Assembly: GCA_963827165.1 (NCBI GenBank)
Contig: CAWGZR010000004.1
Coordinates: 64,001 to 128,000, forward strand
Origin: Candidatus Bathyarchaeota archaeon
Lineage (GTDB): Archaea; Thermoproteota; Bathyarchaeia; Bathyarchaeales; Bathycorpusculaceae
Direction of reading: 5' to 3'
DNA: 64,000 nucleotides
Part shown: positions 27,768 through 36,938 of the stretch, one piece after another
Layout: each line of letters starts with the position of its first letter
Numbering within the stretch: position 1 is the stretch's first letter
The notes under the pieces: model-generated
What the model saw: the letters and a program-made list of their open reading frames with translations, nothing else
The model's database searches: none
What the model was told of the DNA's origin: nothing
Translations under genes and position numbers: made by a program

Positions 27768-27908
27768 ATGAAAATGTGCCAATTAAGAGCAGGTTTAGTT
27801 AAAAACTGCCGCAGGTGCAAATCGAGTATACGACTTAATTGCCCTATTAGAAAGAAAGCGAAAACGAAGACCTACACAGACACCATGAAGAAGGGAGAAA
27901 ACAAATAA
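27768..27908 (+). CDS. Unannotated 46-aa basic Cys-rich microprotein
   Basis: MKMCQLRAGLVKNCRRCKSSIRLNCPIRKKAKTKTYTDTMKKGENK*; GAGGT SD; TATAAG at about 27724. Confidence 0.5.
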   Translation: MKMCQLRAGLVKNCRRCKSSIRLNCPIRKKAKTKTYTDTMKKGENK

Positions 27909-27930
27909 CAACTACAAAGAGTGAAACCAA

Positions 27931-28083
27931 ATAGCAACAGAGAAAAAACTGAATAACGTTTTATGTCCAAAGTGTCCTTCTTGTGGTAGCGCTCGCCTTG
28001 AAGAAAATGAAGATATCATTAAGTGTCTTGACTGTGGCATGGGCACGTATAAGGAAGGTAAACATAAGTCAGGTTCGAGATAA
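27931..28083 (+). CDS. Unannotated zinc-ribbon microprotein (no ATG; ATA start proposed)
   Basis: IATEKKLNNVLCPKCPSCGSARLEENEDIIKCLDCGMGTYKEGKHKSGSR*; CPSCG...CLDCG knuckles; GAGTGA upstream. Confidence 0.5.
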   Translation: MATEKKLNNVLCPKCPSCGSARLEENEDIIKCLDCGMGTYKEGKHKSGSR

Positions 28084-28128
28084 TTACAAGAAAATGGCAT
28101 TTTCTTAGAGTTTGTTGGGTAGAGTGAT

Positions 28129-28293
28129 ATGGAAAACTTTGAGCGATTAAGTAATAAAATTCTAATTAGAACCTGCTATTGTGGCATAGTATTCAAAACA
28201 TATGACCCAAAAAAAGTGTACCATTCAAACAAATGTAGGATAATGTACGTTAGTGCAAAGACAGTAGGCATGATGCTCAAAGAAATGAAATGA
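28129..28293 (+). CDS. Unannotated 54-aa zinc-finger microprotein
   Basis: MENFERLSNKILIRTCYCGIVFKTYDPKKVYHSNKCRIMYVSAKTVGMMLKEMK*; CxC...HxxxC treble-clef-like; GAGTGA upstream. Confidence 0.5.
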   Translation: MENFERLSNKILIRTCYCGIVFKTYDPKKVYHSNKCRIMYVSAKTVGMMLKEMK

Positions 28294-28454
28294 ACTGTAG
28301 CCAAGAGACTAAGAGTAAAGTTTTCTTTGAACTTTCTTCAATAGCTAAAATTGCACTTCCAAAAGTTTTCATATCCTGCCCCAAGTAAATCTTGGTGAAA
28401 CCGACTTCGGAATAGTCGCTAAGCGTAAGATTGAATATTCTTTGTTAATAATTA

Positions 28455-28600
28455 ACGAGGGGTAATTTTTCTTCTTATTTTTTCCTCTAACAGCATTATT
28501 TTCTTAGAATATTTTGACGAAGGGTAACTTTTCTTATATTTTTTTCTCCTAACGCTATTATTTTTGAGTAATTTAGCAGGGGGTAAGTTTTACTGTACTT
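28455..28600. repeat. About 2.5 degenerate tandem copies of a ~60-bp GGGGTAA-T-rich unit
   Basis: Units start at 28455 (ACGAGGGGTAATTTTTC), 28517 (ACGAAGGGTAACTTTTC) and 28576 (GCAGGGGGTAAGTTTT). The first two also share CTAAC..ATTATTTT. Confidence 0.65.
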
Positions 28601-28714
28601 TTGACTCCTCATACCAATACCTACCTATAATGTACCTTAGTGACCTAGCTTACCTGCCCAAAAGCATTAACCAATGTTAATTTTTTTTAAACTAAAATTT
28701 AGCCCAACTATTCC

Positions 28715-28951
28715 TCAGGTTTTAATTTTTCTGATTCTGTCGTAGGATGCGAGGTAACCTTGTCCTTTCATTGTGGTGACATATTTGTCGTTGTTTTGCA
28801 TAAGCATACTTTGATTTGTGAGAATTGTCAAATATGATTCTGCTTGCACATCATTCAAACCTAACCTGTTCATAATTCTGCTCTTATCTTTTGATGTTTC
28901 GCAGAAACGGATGATATGAGGCACAATTCCTAATGTACCACTAAAAACCAT
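28715..28951 (-). CDS. Winged-helix protein (HTH_45-like), divergent
   Basis: KSRIMNRLGLN...YLTIL...YVTTMKG pattern like 14987..15280. Confidence 0.65.
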   Translation of the reverse strand: MVFSGTLGIVPHIIRFCETSKDKSRIMNRLGLNDVQAESYLTILTNQSMLMQNNDKYVTTMKGQGYLASYDRIRKIKT

Positions 28952-29298
28952 TCAGTTCACAAGATATTTGTGGGTTGGGTAGCAATTAAGCATGTGTGAC
29001 TGTTGAGCAACTGTAACAAGCGACCGTATACTCGATTCCGACTACTGAATATTCAAATTCTTTCAAGAATATCTTCTGCGCAAGTTGCATTAGCCGGACT
29101 ATATTTTTGGCGTCATCCGTGTGGTCAAACAACTCCAGCCTAGTAGCTTTAGCCAGTGACCATTTCGAAGTATTATGGGAAAGATCAATGAAAGTTACAC
29201 CTAACAAGATTTCTTGCGGAAATGCGTAGCTTGTTGCTATTTAGGATATAGTGATATCGCTTGAATGCAGTCAAAAGTTTCTTAAAACCTTGCGACTG

Positions 29299-30624
29299 TT
29301 ATTCAAATTTGGTTTTCTTGACGTTAATTATCAGCACAAGTAAAAATGTAACTGCTATGACGATTAATGCTCCTGCAACAACTCCATAAACTATCGGGAT
29401 CCAACTTGACCCAGAACTATGACCAGTCAAAGTCATGGCAGCCAGTGAATTAACAACCAAAGAGGGCACTTTTGCCCAGAGTTGGAGTTGAGATGAGGTT
29501 TCAGTCGTTGGCAAGCATATTGCGACGTGGTGGGTTGAATGGTGATAGGTGAAATAGATTTGTTGTGTGTTGCCGACTGTGGTGGCGGTGAAATTTACTT
29601 CGTGGTTATCCATGTAGATAGTTAAGCCTGAGGCGTCTGGCAGCAGGTTTTTGGAGATTGTTATGTTCATGTAGCCTGTTGTTCCTGATGGACCACTGAC
29701 ATTAAAGGAGAGCTCCTCTGGAGTCGAACTAAATGCAAAGGCTGAAACGGTTGAATTGGATTCGATTGAGAAGACAGTTTGGGTTTGGTTTGACCCTGAG
29801 GTCAATGTGGGTGTGGGTGTCGGTGTTATGGGGTTTGAAGTTTGTTGGACTGATATGAAGTCCATCTGGAAGCTACTCCAGCCCCACCAAGAACCCCAAT
29901 CAGCCATGTTTTGGGGTGATTGTGGCAGGTCAAAAATTGGGGGTTCGCCGATGAGAATCGTTGTGGGACGTATGTCTGATTGGGCGTGGGCAACTTGGAT
30001 TCCGTTCACGTAGACGGTGTAGGTTCCATTGATGTAGGCTAACTCGTAGGTTTGTTCAGGGGAAGAAGGCTTGAAACCTGAAATGTCGAGTTTGTAAACT
30101 TCCTGGTTTAGGAGTTCAATGTAAATGTTTGTTTCATTTGACATCCAAGTTCCTGTTGAAGAGTCATAGTTTACGTCTCCGTTGTCTGCTGCCCAAACAT
30201 CGAAAATCTTGTTTTGCCAACCGTTGATTGGATCCAAGGTTGGTGTTCCGTTTCCCAACATGATTCCGTCTCCCCAATCAGCGATACACGTGTACTGTAA
30301 CGTGAACTGCAAGACGAAGTCTCCGCTGGTTGGAAATGGATTGTTGACCGTTTGCAATAGTGGGAAAGCTGAGCCGTTACTTGACATGTAGAGATAACTG
30401 TTCGCGACTGTCACGTTGCCGCCGTAGGCGGGGTTCCCTGATAAATCAACGTTCTGCTGTTGCACTTCCCACTTGGAAGTATCTACAGAGGAGCCCATAA
30501 AATGGTCGGAAAAATAGGTTGAAGTTTGCCCTTGAGTTGGGTTGATAGAGGCTATAGCTGAAAAAGTCATTACAAATAGCAAAATTGAAACTGTGCATAT
30601 TTGGTGGAATTTCAATTGTTTCAT
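29299..30624 (-). CDS. Secreted protein with lectin/LamG-like beta-sandwich, C-terminal Ig-like domain and TM anchor
   Basis: Signal peptide; YFSDHF...VDTSKW; YTVYVNG; PTPTP linker; SNSTVS...SGPSGTTGY domain; TM followed by KKTK. Confidence 0.75.
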   Translation of the reverse strand: MKQLKFHQICTVSILLFVMTFSAIASINPTQGQTSTYFSDHFMGSSVDTSKWEVQQQNVDLSGNPAYGGNVTVANSYLYMSSNGSAFPLLQTVNNPFPTSGDFVLQFTLQYTCIADWGDGIMLGNGTPTLDPINGWQNKIFDVWAADNGDVNYDSSTGTWMSNETNIYIELLNQEVYKLDISGFKPSSPEQTYELAYINGTYTVYVNGIQVAHAQSDIRPTTILIGEPPIFDLPQSPQNMADWGSWWGWSSFQMDFISVQQTSNPITPTPTPTLTSGSNQTQTVFSIESNSTVSAFAFSSTPEELSFNVSGPSGTTGYMNITISKNLLPDASGLTIYMDNHEVNFTATTVGNTQQIYFTYHHSTHHVAICLPTTETSSQLQLWAKVPSLVVNSLAAMTLTGHSSGSSWIPIVYGVVAGALIVIAVTFLLVLIINVKKTKFE

Positions 30625-31071
30625 CTAATATTTCGCATAAGTCCTTCCAATATAAGGTTATTCGTCAACGTTTGAGAGTGTGTGAAAACTCAAATTTCTC
30701 CGAAGAAGTTGAGTCGTATTTGTGTAAATCCCTTTACAATACAACTATTTTTCACATAAAACAATCATTTTTCTGAAATTGAAAATAGTTTTTACACAAC
30801 CTTGTTTCTTTACTCAGCTTTGTTTACATTTCTTGACTTGGGCTTTTGATGGCTAAAAAACAGTTACTGCGGTTGTAACTGTGAAGCATAGAGATCAGCA
30901 ACAAAATTTACAGACGTTTCCCGATTCCATTGCCCGAGTAGTCGGGTAAAATTACCAGACGAACTTACTCTGAAATGAGCGTGCGAAAACATAAGGGCTG
31001 CTTTTCTTATGCGAGCTCTGTTGAGAGGAACTGTTAAATACCAAATTGAGGGAAGTTTAATTTGACCTTTT

Positions 31072-31878
31072 ATGGAAACTTCAAATCAAATGGTAACTTT
31101 CAAATGTCCCGACGACGCCGACATGATAACTTACGTCGCTCACCCTAAACCCGAAGGACAATACCCAGCAATCCTAGTTGTCCACGAAGCATGGGGACTA
31201 AACCAACAGATTAAAGGCGTCTGCGACAGATACGCCAAGGAAGGCTTCACCTCTATTGCCCCGCATCTTTTCAGCCGCGACAAAGACCTAGCGGAACAAG
31301 CCATCGAGAAAGCCATGATGCAAATCTGGCGCATCCCTGCCGAAAAACGCAATGACCCAGCTGCAATCCAAGCCTTGATGGCGGGGCTTTCCGAAAATGA
31401 ACGCAAAATAGTAAACTTTTTCTTCACTGGACGTGAGGAAATGGAAAAAATCATGGCGGAAGACCTTCTTTGCTGTGTAAACTACGCCAAATCGTTGGAT
31501 TCTGTTGATGGGGAAAAACTGGGAATAACGGGTTTCTGCCTTGGAGGCGGATTGTCTTATCAGCTTGCAACCAGGTATCCATTTAATGCCGCTGTCCCTT
31601 TTTACGGTGCTAACCCCAAGCCGCTGGAAGAAGTTGCCAAAATCGCGGGTCCCGTATTTGGAATTTACGCTGGCGACGACCTAAGAATAACCGGCACGGT
31701 TCCGTCCTTGGTTGAGGCCATGATCGCTCACAAAAAAACTTTCCAAGTAAAAATCTACCAAGGAACCCAGCACGCCTTCTTCAACGAGAACAGACCCAGC
31801 TACAATAAAGAGGCAGCCGAAGACGCATGGGCAATGGCTGTGGCATTCTTCAACAAATACCTCAAGGCGACCAAATGA
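31072..31878 (+). CDS. Dienelactone hydrolase family protein
   Basis: VVHEAWGLN, nucleophile GFCLGG, FYG, HAFFNE. Confidence 0.92.
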   Translation: METSNQMVTFKCPDDADMITYVAHPKPEGQYPAILVVHEAWGLNQQIKGVCDRYAKEGFTSIAPHLFSRDKDLAEQAIEKAMMQIWRIPAEKRNDPAAIQALMAGLSENERKIVNFFFTGREEMEKIMAEDLLCCVNYAKSLDSVDGEKLGITGFCLGGGLSYQLATRYPFNAAVPFYGANPKPLEEVAKIAGPVFGIYAGDDLRITGTVPSLVEAMIAHKKTFQVKIYQGTQHAFFNENRPSYNKEAAEDAWAMAVAFFNKYLKATK

Positions 31879-32060
31879 GCACTAACCAAAAACAAAAAGA
31901 AGCCAGTCTGCTTTGGGACTGCTTCACCAACTGGTCGCAAACCCTCGAAACCCTAGAAAAAACCGCTGAGCAAAAAAAGAAAAACAATCTCTAGATACTT
32001 GTGGCAGTTTATCAGCTAGGTCAACTGGTTTAAAGAAAAAACAGAGTAGTATTGCTGCTT

Positions 32061-32288
32061 CTATGCGATTACCATTTCTTTTATTAAATGTACCTTCCGA
32101 TAATTTGCAGTGAACTCTTCCCAAGATTTGTCTGAATCGTAATAGGCTTCAATAGTAGGGTCAAATGAAGAATTCTGATGACAATTATCACAGGATGCGA
32201 TTATTATTTTCTCATATGTTTTCCGATGAAATGTCAAATTTTGTTTACCACAATTAGGGCAAGAATAGAATTTTTCTGAAAGTAACAA
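32061..32288 (-). CDS. Zinc-ribbon protein, Elf1-like
   Basis: FYSCPNCG...IASCDNC followed by an aromatic helix (DKSWEEFTANY), resembling the transcription elongation factor Elf1 layout. Confidence 0.5.
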   Translation of the reverse strand: MLLSEKFYSCPNCGKQNLTFHRKTYEKIIIASCDNCHQNSSFDPTIEAYYDSDKSWEEFTANYRKVHLIKEMVIA

Positions 32289-32423
32289 AACATCACTCTT
32301 CTACTTTCTTAATATTTAAGAAGAGTAGTTAACTGTTTGCTACATAAATCAGAGAGCACATGTTCGATTCGATAATTTTATCTCTCTATAAAGCACCAAC
32401 AAATTGGCATTACTTCCATGCAG

Positions 32424-32861
32424 TTAGTTTCTAATTTGAAGGAGTCTTTTTTCAAAACAAATTTTGCAAAGTCTACGCTTGCACTTCATTCTGCTGTATT
32501 GTTCGAATTCTTTGTGGCAACAACTGCAAAACAATTGAGGTCTCTCTAACTCAAGAGCCTCAAGTCTCTTTTTGAGCTCTACTTTGACTTTTTCATCATT
32601 CTCTTGCTTGAGTGCATCCTTTAATAAATCAATGGCTAACTCAGAACTTTTCTGCCCAAATATTCTGCCGAATTCACTTAGAGGCTTTCCTGAGTCAAAG
32701 ATTTTTTTAGGCAAGATGCACACAAAGTTTGCCGGGTAACCGCTCAGCTTATGAGGGTCGATAACTGCAAAGCGATATCTTCTCGACCAAGCATTTTTGT
32801 AGTTGGGCTCAAAGACGACCTGTAACTGATAATCGGACACCATATTGACACTTAGAAACAT
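32424..32861 (-). CDS. Conserved hypothetical protein with C-terminal zinc finger (paralog of 12007..12417)
   Basis: RFAVID...GYPANFVCILP core plus CSCC...CKIC. Confidence 0.75.
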   Translation of the reverse strand: MFLSVNMVSDYQLQVVFEPNYKNAWSRRYRFAVIDPHKLSGYPANFVCILPKKIFDSGKPLSEFGRIFGQKSSELAIDLLKDALKQENDEKVKVELKKRLEALELERPQLFCSCCHKEFEQYSRMKCKRRLCKICFEKRLLQIRN

Positions 32862-32948
32862 TCAAAACATGAATTTGCCTAATATTGCTTGTCAACGTAT
32901 AATCTATAGAGCTTTATTGATTATTGTTGCAATGGCCCAAAATACATG

Positions 32949-33275
32949 TTAAATCGGGATTGCTCCCTGCAGGACTTTTTTTGTTAATGATTGACTTAGA
33001 TAACTCTTCGATACCAAGTTCACTACCGTACCGAGTTTGTTTTGTAGAAATTTAGCTAGTTGACATAATTCTGTGGAGTCTAATGGTTCAGTGTATGTAA
33101 CTAACAAGCTAATTTCACTTTCCTCATCGGCTTCACCTTTTGCGTAACAACCAAACAAGTCTATGGTAGCTACGTTGAAGTGCTCAACTAAGAAGGATTT
33201 CGATTCACGTAATTTCTGGATGATTTCTTCCTTATCTTGCGTAAGTCCGTCTCCTTCTCCACAAAATACTCGCAT
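32949..33275 (-). CDS. Minimal nucleotidyltransferase (MNT) family protein with degenerate active site
   Basis: LFGCYAKGEADEESEISLLV aligns to the MNT consensus LFGSxARGE...SDIDLLV. Confidence 0.75.
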   Translation of the reverse strand: MRVFCGEGDGLTQDKEEIIQKLRESKSFLVEHFNVATIDLFGCYAKGEADEESEISLLVTYTEPLDSTELCQLAKFLQNKLGTVVNLVSKSYLSQSLTKKVLQGAIPI

Positions 33276-33338
33276 TCAATTAGCTTAAAAACTTGTTTAA
33301 GGAAAATGTGAATCTTGATGGAATAATGAAGGGAGAAT

Positions 33339-33836
33339 TTACTTCACAAGATTATAAGCGAACTCTTCTGCCAGTTTGAGGTCTTCAACGTTTGGTCTGT
33401 TTTTGTTTAATCCACCGACCACCTTAAAAAATTTGTTAGTGTTTAGACCAGCACAGTTAAACTCATCAACAATTTCATAGCCTTTATGTTGCAATTTTTC
33501 CCTAAGTGTTGAATGGTCTTTAGTAAGTTTCTTTTCTCCTGTCATTCCACTTGTTGAGAAAATGAATGCTTTCTTGTTGGTGACTTGAGGGAGTTTATCT
33601 GCAAGGGCAAGTAGAGTCTCGTGGTGTTTTCCATCGTATATTCCTGACCCAAAACCTACCAAGTCGTATTTTTGAGGCTTTTGGGGGTGAGTATGTTGTG
33701 CTGGCTTTATCTTTGCATTGAGAGCTTTCGCCATAGCCTCCGCTACTTTTTGAGTGTTGTTATGATGGTAAGAATAAAAGACTATCAAAGACTTCATGGT
33801 ACAACCCTTTAGAAATTGAGTTGGACTACGATACAT
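33339..33836 (-). CDS. Flavodoxin-family protein (start probably MKSLIVF at 33797)
   Basis: SYHHNNTQKVAEAMA, GFGSGIY, FIFSTSG, RPN. Confidence 0.88.
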   Translation of the reverse strand: MYRSPTQFLKGCTMKSLIVFYSYHHNNTQKVAEAMAKALNAKIKPAQHTHPQKPQKYDLVGFGSGIYDGKHHETLLALADKLPQVTNKKAFIFSTSGMTGEKKLTKDHSTLREKLQHKGYEIVDEFNCAGLNTNKFFKVVGGLNKNRPNVEDLKLAEEFAYNLVK

Positions 33837-34122
33837 AAGAGATTTACATGCATAATCTCTATATCTCTACTAAACCACTTCACCCAAATTACACAAATAG
33901 GTAAAATAATTAGACTACTTGACGGTGCATTAACTATAAAGATAACGCAAAAAAGGCGGTTTTCGCTGATTACCTTTTAGAGCTTTCACTCTGAGAAGCC
34001 TGCTCTGCACACATAAATCCCTATCCAAGGTTATCTCATGCCGAGAAAGACCAAATAAATATTGATTGGGTAGCGTGGTTCAGGCTTCCAGTGAAAGCAT
34101 CTAATTTAATTCACCACGTTTG

Positions 34123-34377
34123 TTAGTTTATCGTTTTAGCTGCTTCTCTATTTCGTTGGACGTTGCGGTTCTTTCGTGCTTTTTGCCAAACTGTAAAGGT
34201 CATAAGAGCCAGCACAAGTACGACTACGATTATTGGAGCTAAGTATGTGGAATTGCGCAGAAAATATGCGACCGCTAAGATGATGACTACGCCCAGCGCC
34301 AGCACGGGGGAATCGCCTACTAAGAAGTCCTTCCAGAACTCAAAGAAGCCTTTTACAGCTTTCCAGACTGAGTTCAC
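34123..34377 (-). CDS. Small 2-TM membrane protein coupled to the upstream transporter
   Basis: FWKDFLVGDSP plus two TMs; 4-nt overlap with 34374..35141. Confidence 0.7.
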   Translation of the reverse strand: MNSVWKAVKGFFEFWKDFLVGDSPVLALGVVIILAVAYFLRNSTYLAPIIVVVLVLALMTFTVWQKARKNRNVQRNREAAKTIN

Positions 34378-35141
34378 TGTGGGAAAGCCTCCGCTTCAGC
34401 TTTGCGAAGCCTTTCAAAGTATGTTATCAAACCGATTGTTGACAGGAAAATTATTGCCAACAGCACCAGCAGGAACGCGTCGCCCATCGGCCACATTACG
34501 CCGACTCCTTCGCCCATCCAGAACATACCAAAAACCGTGAGCAAGCAACCTACACCCAACTTCATGTAGTTTTCAGGCACTCTGGTTAACGGCTTAGCAA
34601 GCGCCGCGGCGACCGCCACCATCACGGCAACACCGACAAAAGCCCCTAAAGAAGCAGTCACAAGTTGATTCCCACTTCGAGTCGCCAGGCCAAAACTGAT
34701 GACGATCATGACGACTTCCATGCCTTCCAAAAGCACGCCTTTGAAGCTGACCGCAAATCCCAAGGAATCCCTTTTCCCTTTGATTCCCGCGTCTTTAGAT
34801 AGAACCGCAACTTCTTTGTCGTAAATGTCGTGTTCGTTATGCTCTGCTTTGAAGCCTGTTTGGCGCAGTATAGCTTTTGTCAGCCACTGCAACCCAAAAA
34901 TAAGCAGCAGCATACCTACGACTGTTCGCAAAATGTAAAGTGGGACATAATTGATCAGGGCGGTGCCGACTGCCAAAACAATTAAGGCTAAGATAGCTAA
35001 AGCAAGCGCCGCACCTTCAAAAGTGGAGCGCCAACCCCTTGTAATACCTGAAGCGAGCAGGATAGTTAGAGCCTCAGTTGCTTCAACCGCACTTGCCACC
35101 GCCACCGTAATAAACAACAGAACCGTACTTTGATCAATCAT
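34374..35141 (-). CDS. COG4280-like membrane protein (LysE superfamily; putative cation transporter)
   Basis: Twin ExxE motifs (AVEATEA, LLEGMEV), RGWRS, LLLIFGLQWLTKAILR. Confidence 0.75.
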   Translation of the reverse strand: MIDQSTVLLFITVAVASAVEATEALTILLASGITRGWRSTFEGAALALAILALIVLAVGTALINYVPLYILRTVVGMLLLIFGLQWLTKAILRQTGFKAEHNEHDIYDKEVAVLSKDAGIKGKRDSLGFAVSFKGVLLEGMEVVMIVISFGLATRSGNQLVTASLGAFVGVAVMVAVAAALAKPLTRVPENYMKLGVGCLLTVFGMFWMGEGVGVMWPMGDAFLLVLLAIIFLSTIGLITYFERLRKAEAEAFPQ

Positions 35142-35318
35142 ACAAAATCAGAGTTCCCATGCAAGAATAGCGGTTCGGTCGGTTTTGCGCAGCCGTTTTG
35201 GTTTCACCGTTTCTCAGACGATCAAGTTCTGCCGCATTCAAATATAAGCGTTTCAGGGGTTTCTAAGAGAAATTGCCGAACAAACCGGATTTGGCGATTT
35301 GAAACAACACGCCTTTCC

Positions 35319-36938
35319 TTAGGGTTTCTTAAGTACATAAATCGCCGCTGCAAGTTCAGCAAACGCGACTGCAGCCATGGCTAAAAGTGAAAAATCGTGG
35401 TTAAACGTTGCAAGGAACCCCACCGCATAGACAAAAAGAGGAGCCAGTATGACCGCCACTCCGACAGTTAATTTTTCAAAGTCATTTAGCACCGAGGATA
35501 TTTTGCCTCTTGCAGCGTTTCTTAGGAAAAGTTTGATTTCAAAGATGCTTGCAGAAGCCACTGGCAGAATTATCAAGAATGGAATGAGGATGGCAGATGA
35601 CGAAGTTAACGGCTTAAAGAGTGATAAAACGGTTAAGGCTAAGGGTACGGGAACGTAGGTTGCGGTGGCTACGAGCGCTTTGGGAACAATGATTCTTTGG
35701 GAGTTAATTGGCAGTGTCTTGGTGTATTCTAACCCTTTTCCTTCGGAACTAAGTAGGGCGAGGGGCAGAAAAAGGGCGAAAACTGCGCCCAGCGATGTGC
35801 CGGTAAGCATAAGGGATGTTCTAAGGACGCCAATGTTGGAGTCAAGCAAGGTGATAATGATTGTTTCGAGAACGGGCAATGCGAAGAAGAAGGCGGTGGC
35901 GGGATTCCTAGAAGCCACTTTAAGATCTTTCGTAATGTAACCCAGTAATGGACCACGAGGATTAACAGAAAAATCTTTAGCCGTAACCCTCGCAGCGTTC
36001 ACACCAACACCCTGCGAAACGCGTCTAACGGTTCCTAAACTCCATTTTCCAGCGAAAAACGCAAGCGAAACGTACCCGACCATGGCAGCTGAAGACACAA
36101 ACAAGGTTGCGAATGTAACGGTGGAAACAGAAGCGGTTATGACGATGCCGGTTGAGAAGGGGTAAAGAAGACCGAGTAGTATGCTCCATACGTGCCCGGC
36201 GCCGAGCAGCGTGCTCTGCAGGTTAGGAACAATGTATAATGGGATGCTAAAAAGGAAACCAACGGCGACAAGCAGCAGACCCCACGTCAAAATGAAAAAC
36301 AGCCGCAGGACCGTGTTGGTTTTTGAGCGTCCTCCCCGCAGCATGTTCTTTTGGAATATTCTTGAAAACCAGAGCGCGACGGCAACGGCGAAAACCGCGT
36401 TCATTGCAGATGCTGCAAGCATGATTAGGGTTGCTATGGGAGAAGCCGTTAGGTATGCGACCAATATGACTTGGCTTACGATTGATCCGATTACCATGTA
36501 GTCAAAGGATCGGATAAAAGAAAACAATGTAACTAAAGAAAAATCATCCCGGTCAATGGGCATAGTTGAGAGCAGGGCTGAAGATTCGGGGCTCATAAAA
36601 GACGAAAGGGTCTGGATTGCATACAGTGCCGTGAAGCCGAAAGTAACTGCCAAGCTTAGCGAGATGGCGCTTGTTAATCCTAATCCTGGGCTTCCCAGAA
36701 ACAGCGAGGCAAATGGAGCTAACGAAACGATGACGTTGAAAAACGCAACGACGCCTTTGTCGAACTTGGCAATTCGCAACGCTCGCTTGGTTAATTCTAG
36801 GTCGTCTTGCGATTCTTTGCCTTGGCGGTCACGTCCAAACGCGCCCCACCACATCCGTCCCCGCTCATCAGCTAACGAACGGTAAATCATTTCGCGGTAG
36901 CATGTCTTGCTGAGACGCCAGGCTTCACTTAGGTTCAT
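35319..36938 (-). CDS. ABC-2-type exporter permease (duplicated, ~14 TM)
   Basis: Polytopic; LLSTMPI and YTKTLPI repeats; overlaps the ATPase gene. Confidence 0.75.
   Translation of the reverse strand: MNLSEAWRLSKTCYREMIYRSLADERGRMWWGAFGRDRQGKESQDDLELTKRALRIAKFDKGVVAFFNVIVSLAPFASLFLGSPGLGLTSAISLSLAVTFGFTALYAIQTLSSFMSPESSALLSTMPIDRDDFSLVTLFSFIRSFDYMVIGSIVSQVILVAYLTASPIATLIMLAASAMNAVFAVAVALWFSRIFQKNMLRGGRSKTNTVLRLFFILTWGLLLVAVGFLFSIPLYIVPNLQSTLLGAGHVWSILLGLLYPFSTGIVITASVSTVTFATLFVSSAAMVGYVSLAFFAGKWSLGTVRRVSQGVGVNAARVTAKDFSVNPRGPLLGYITKDLKVASRNPATAFFFALPVLETIIITLLDSNIGVLRTSLMLTGTSLGAVFALFLPLALLSSEGKGLEYTKTLPINSQRIIVPKALVATATYVPVPLALTVLSLFKPLTSSSAILIPFLIILPVASASIFEIKLFLRNAARGKISSVLNDFEKLTVGVAVILAPLFVYAVGFLATFNHDFSLLAMAAVAFAELAAAIYVLKKP

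Noticed and set aside
28455-28600. Possible CRISPR array
   Set aside because: Only about 2.5 degenerate units, the 'spacers' resemble each other, and there are no cas genes.
28986-29207. 73-aa ORF
   Set aside because: No recognisable motif or translation signal; cannot be supported.
34085-34099. ORB-like TTCCAGTGAAA (replication origin)
   Set aside because: Single imperfect copy, no cdc6/orc1 gene, no repeated ORBs.
35142-35260. Metal-sensing riboswitch upstream of the COG4280 transporter
   Set aside because: No yybP-ykoY, NiCo or fluoride consensus recognisable; a 19-codon GTG uORF is present but unsupported.
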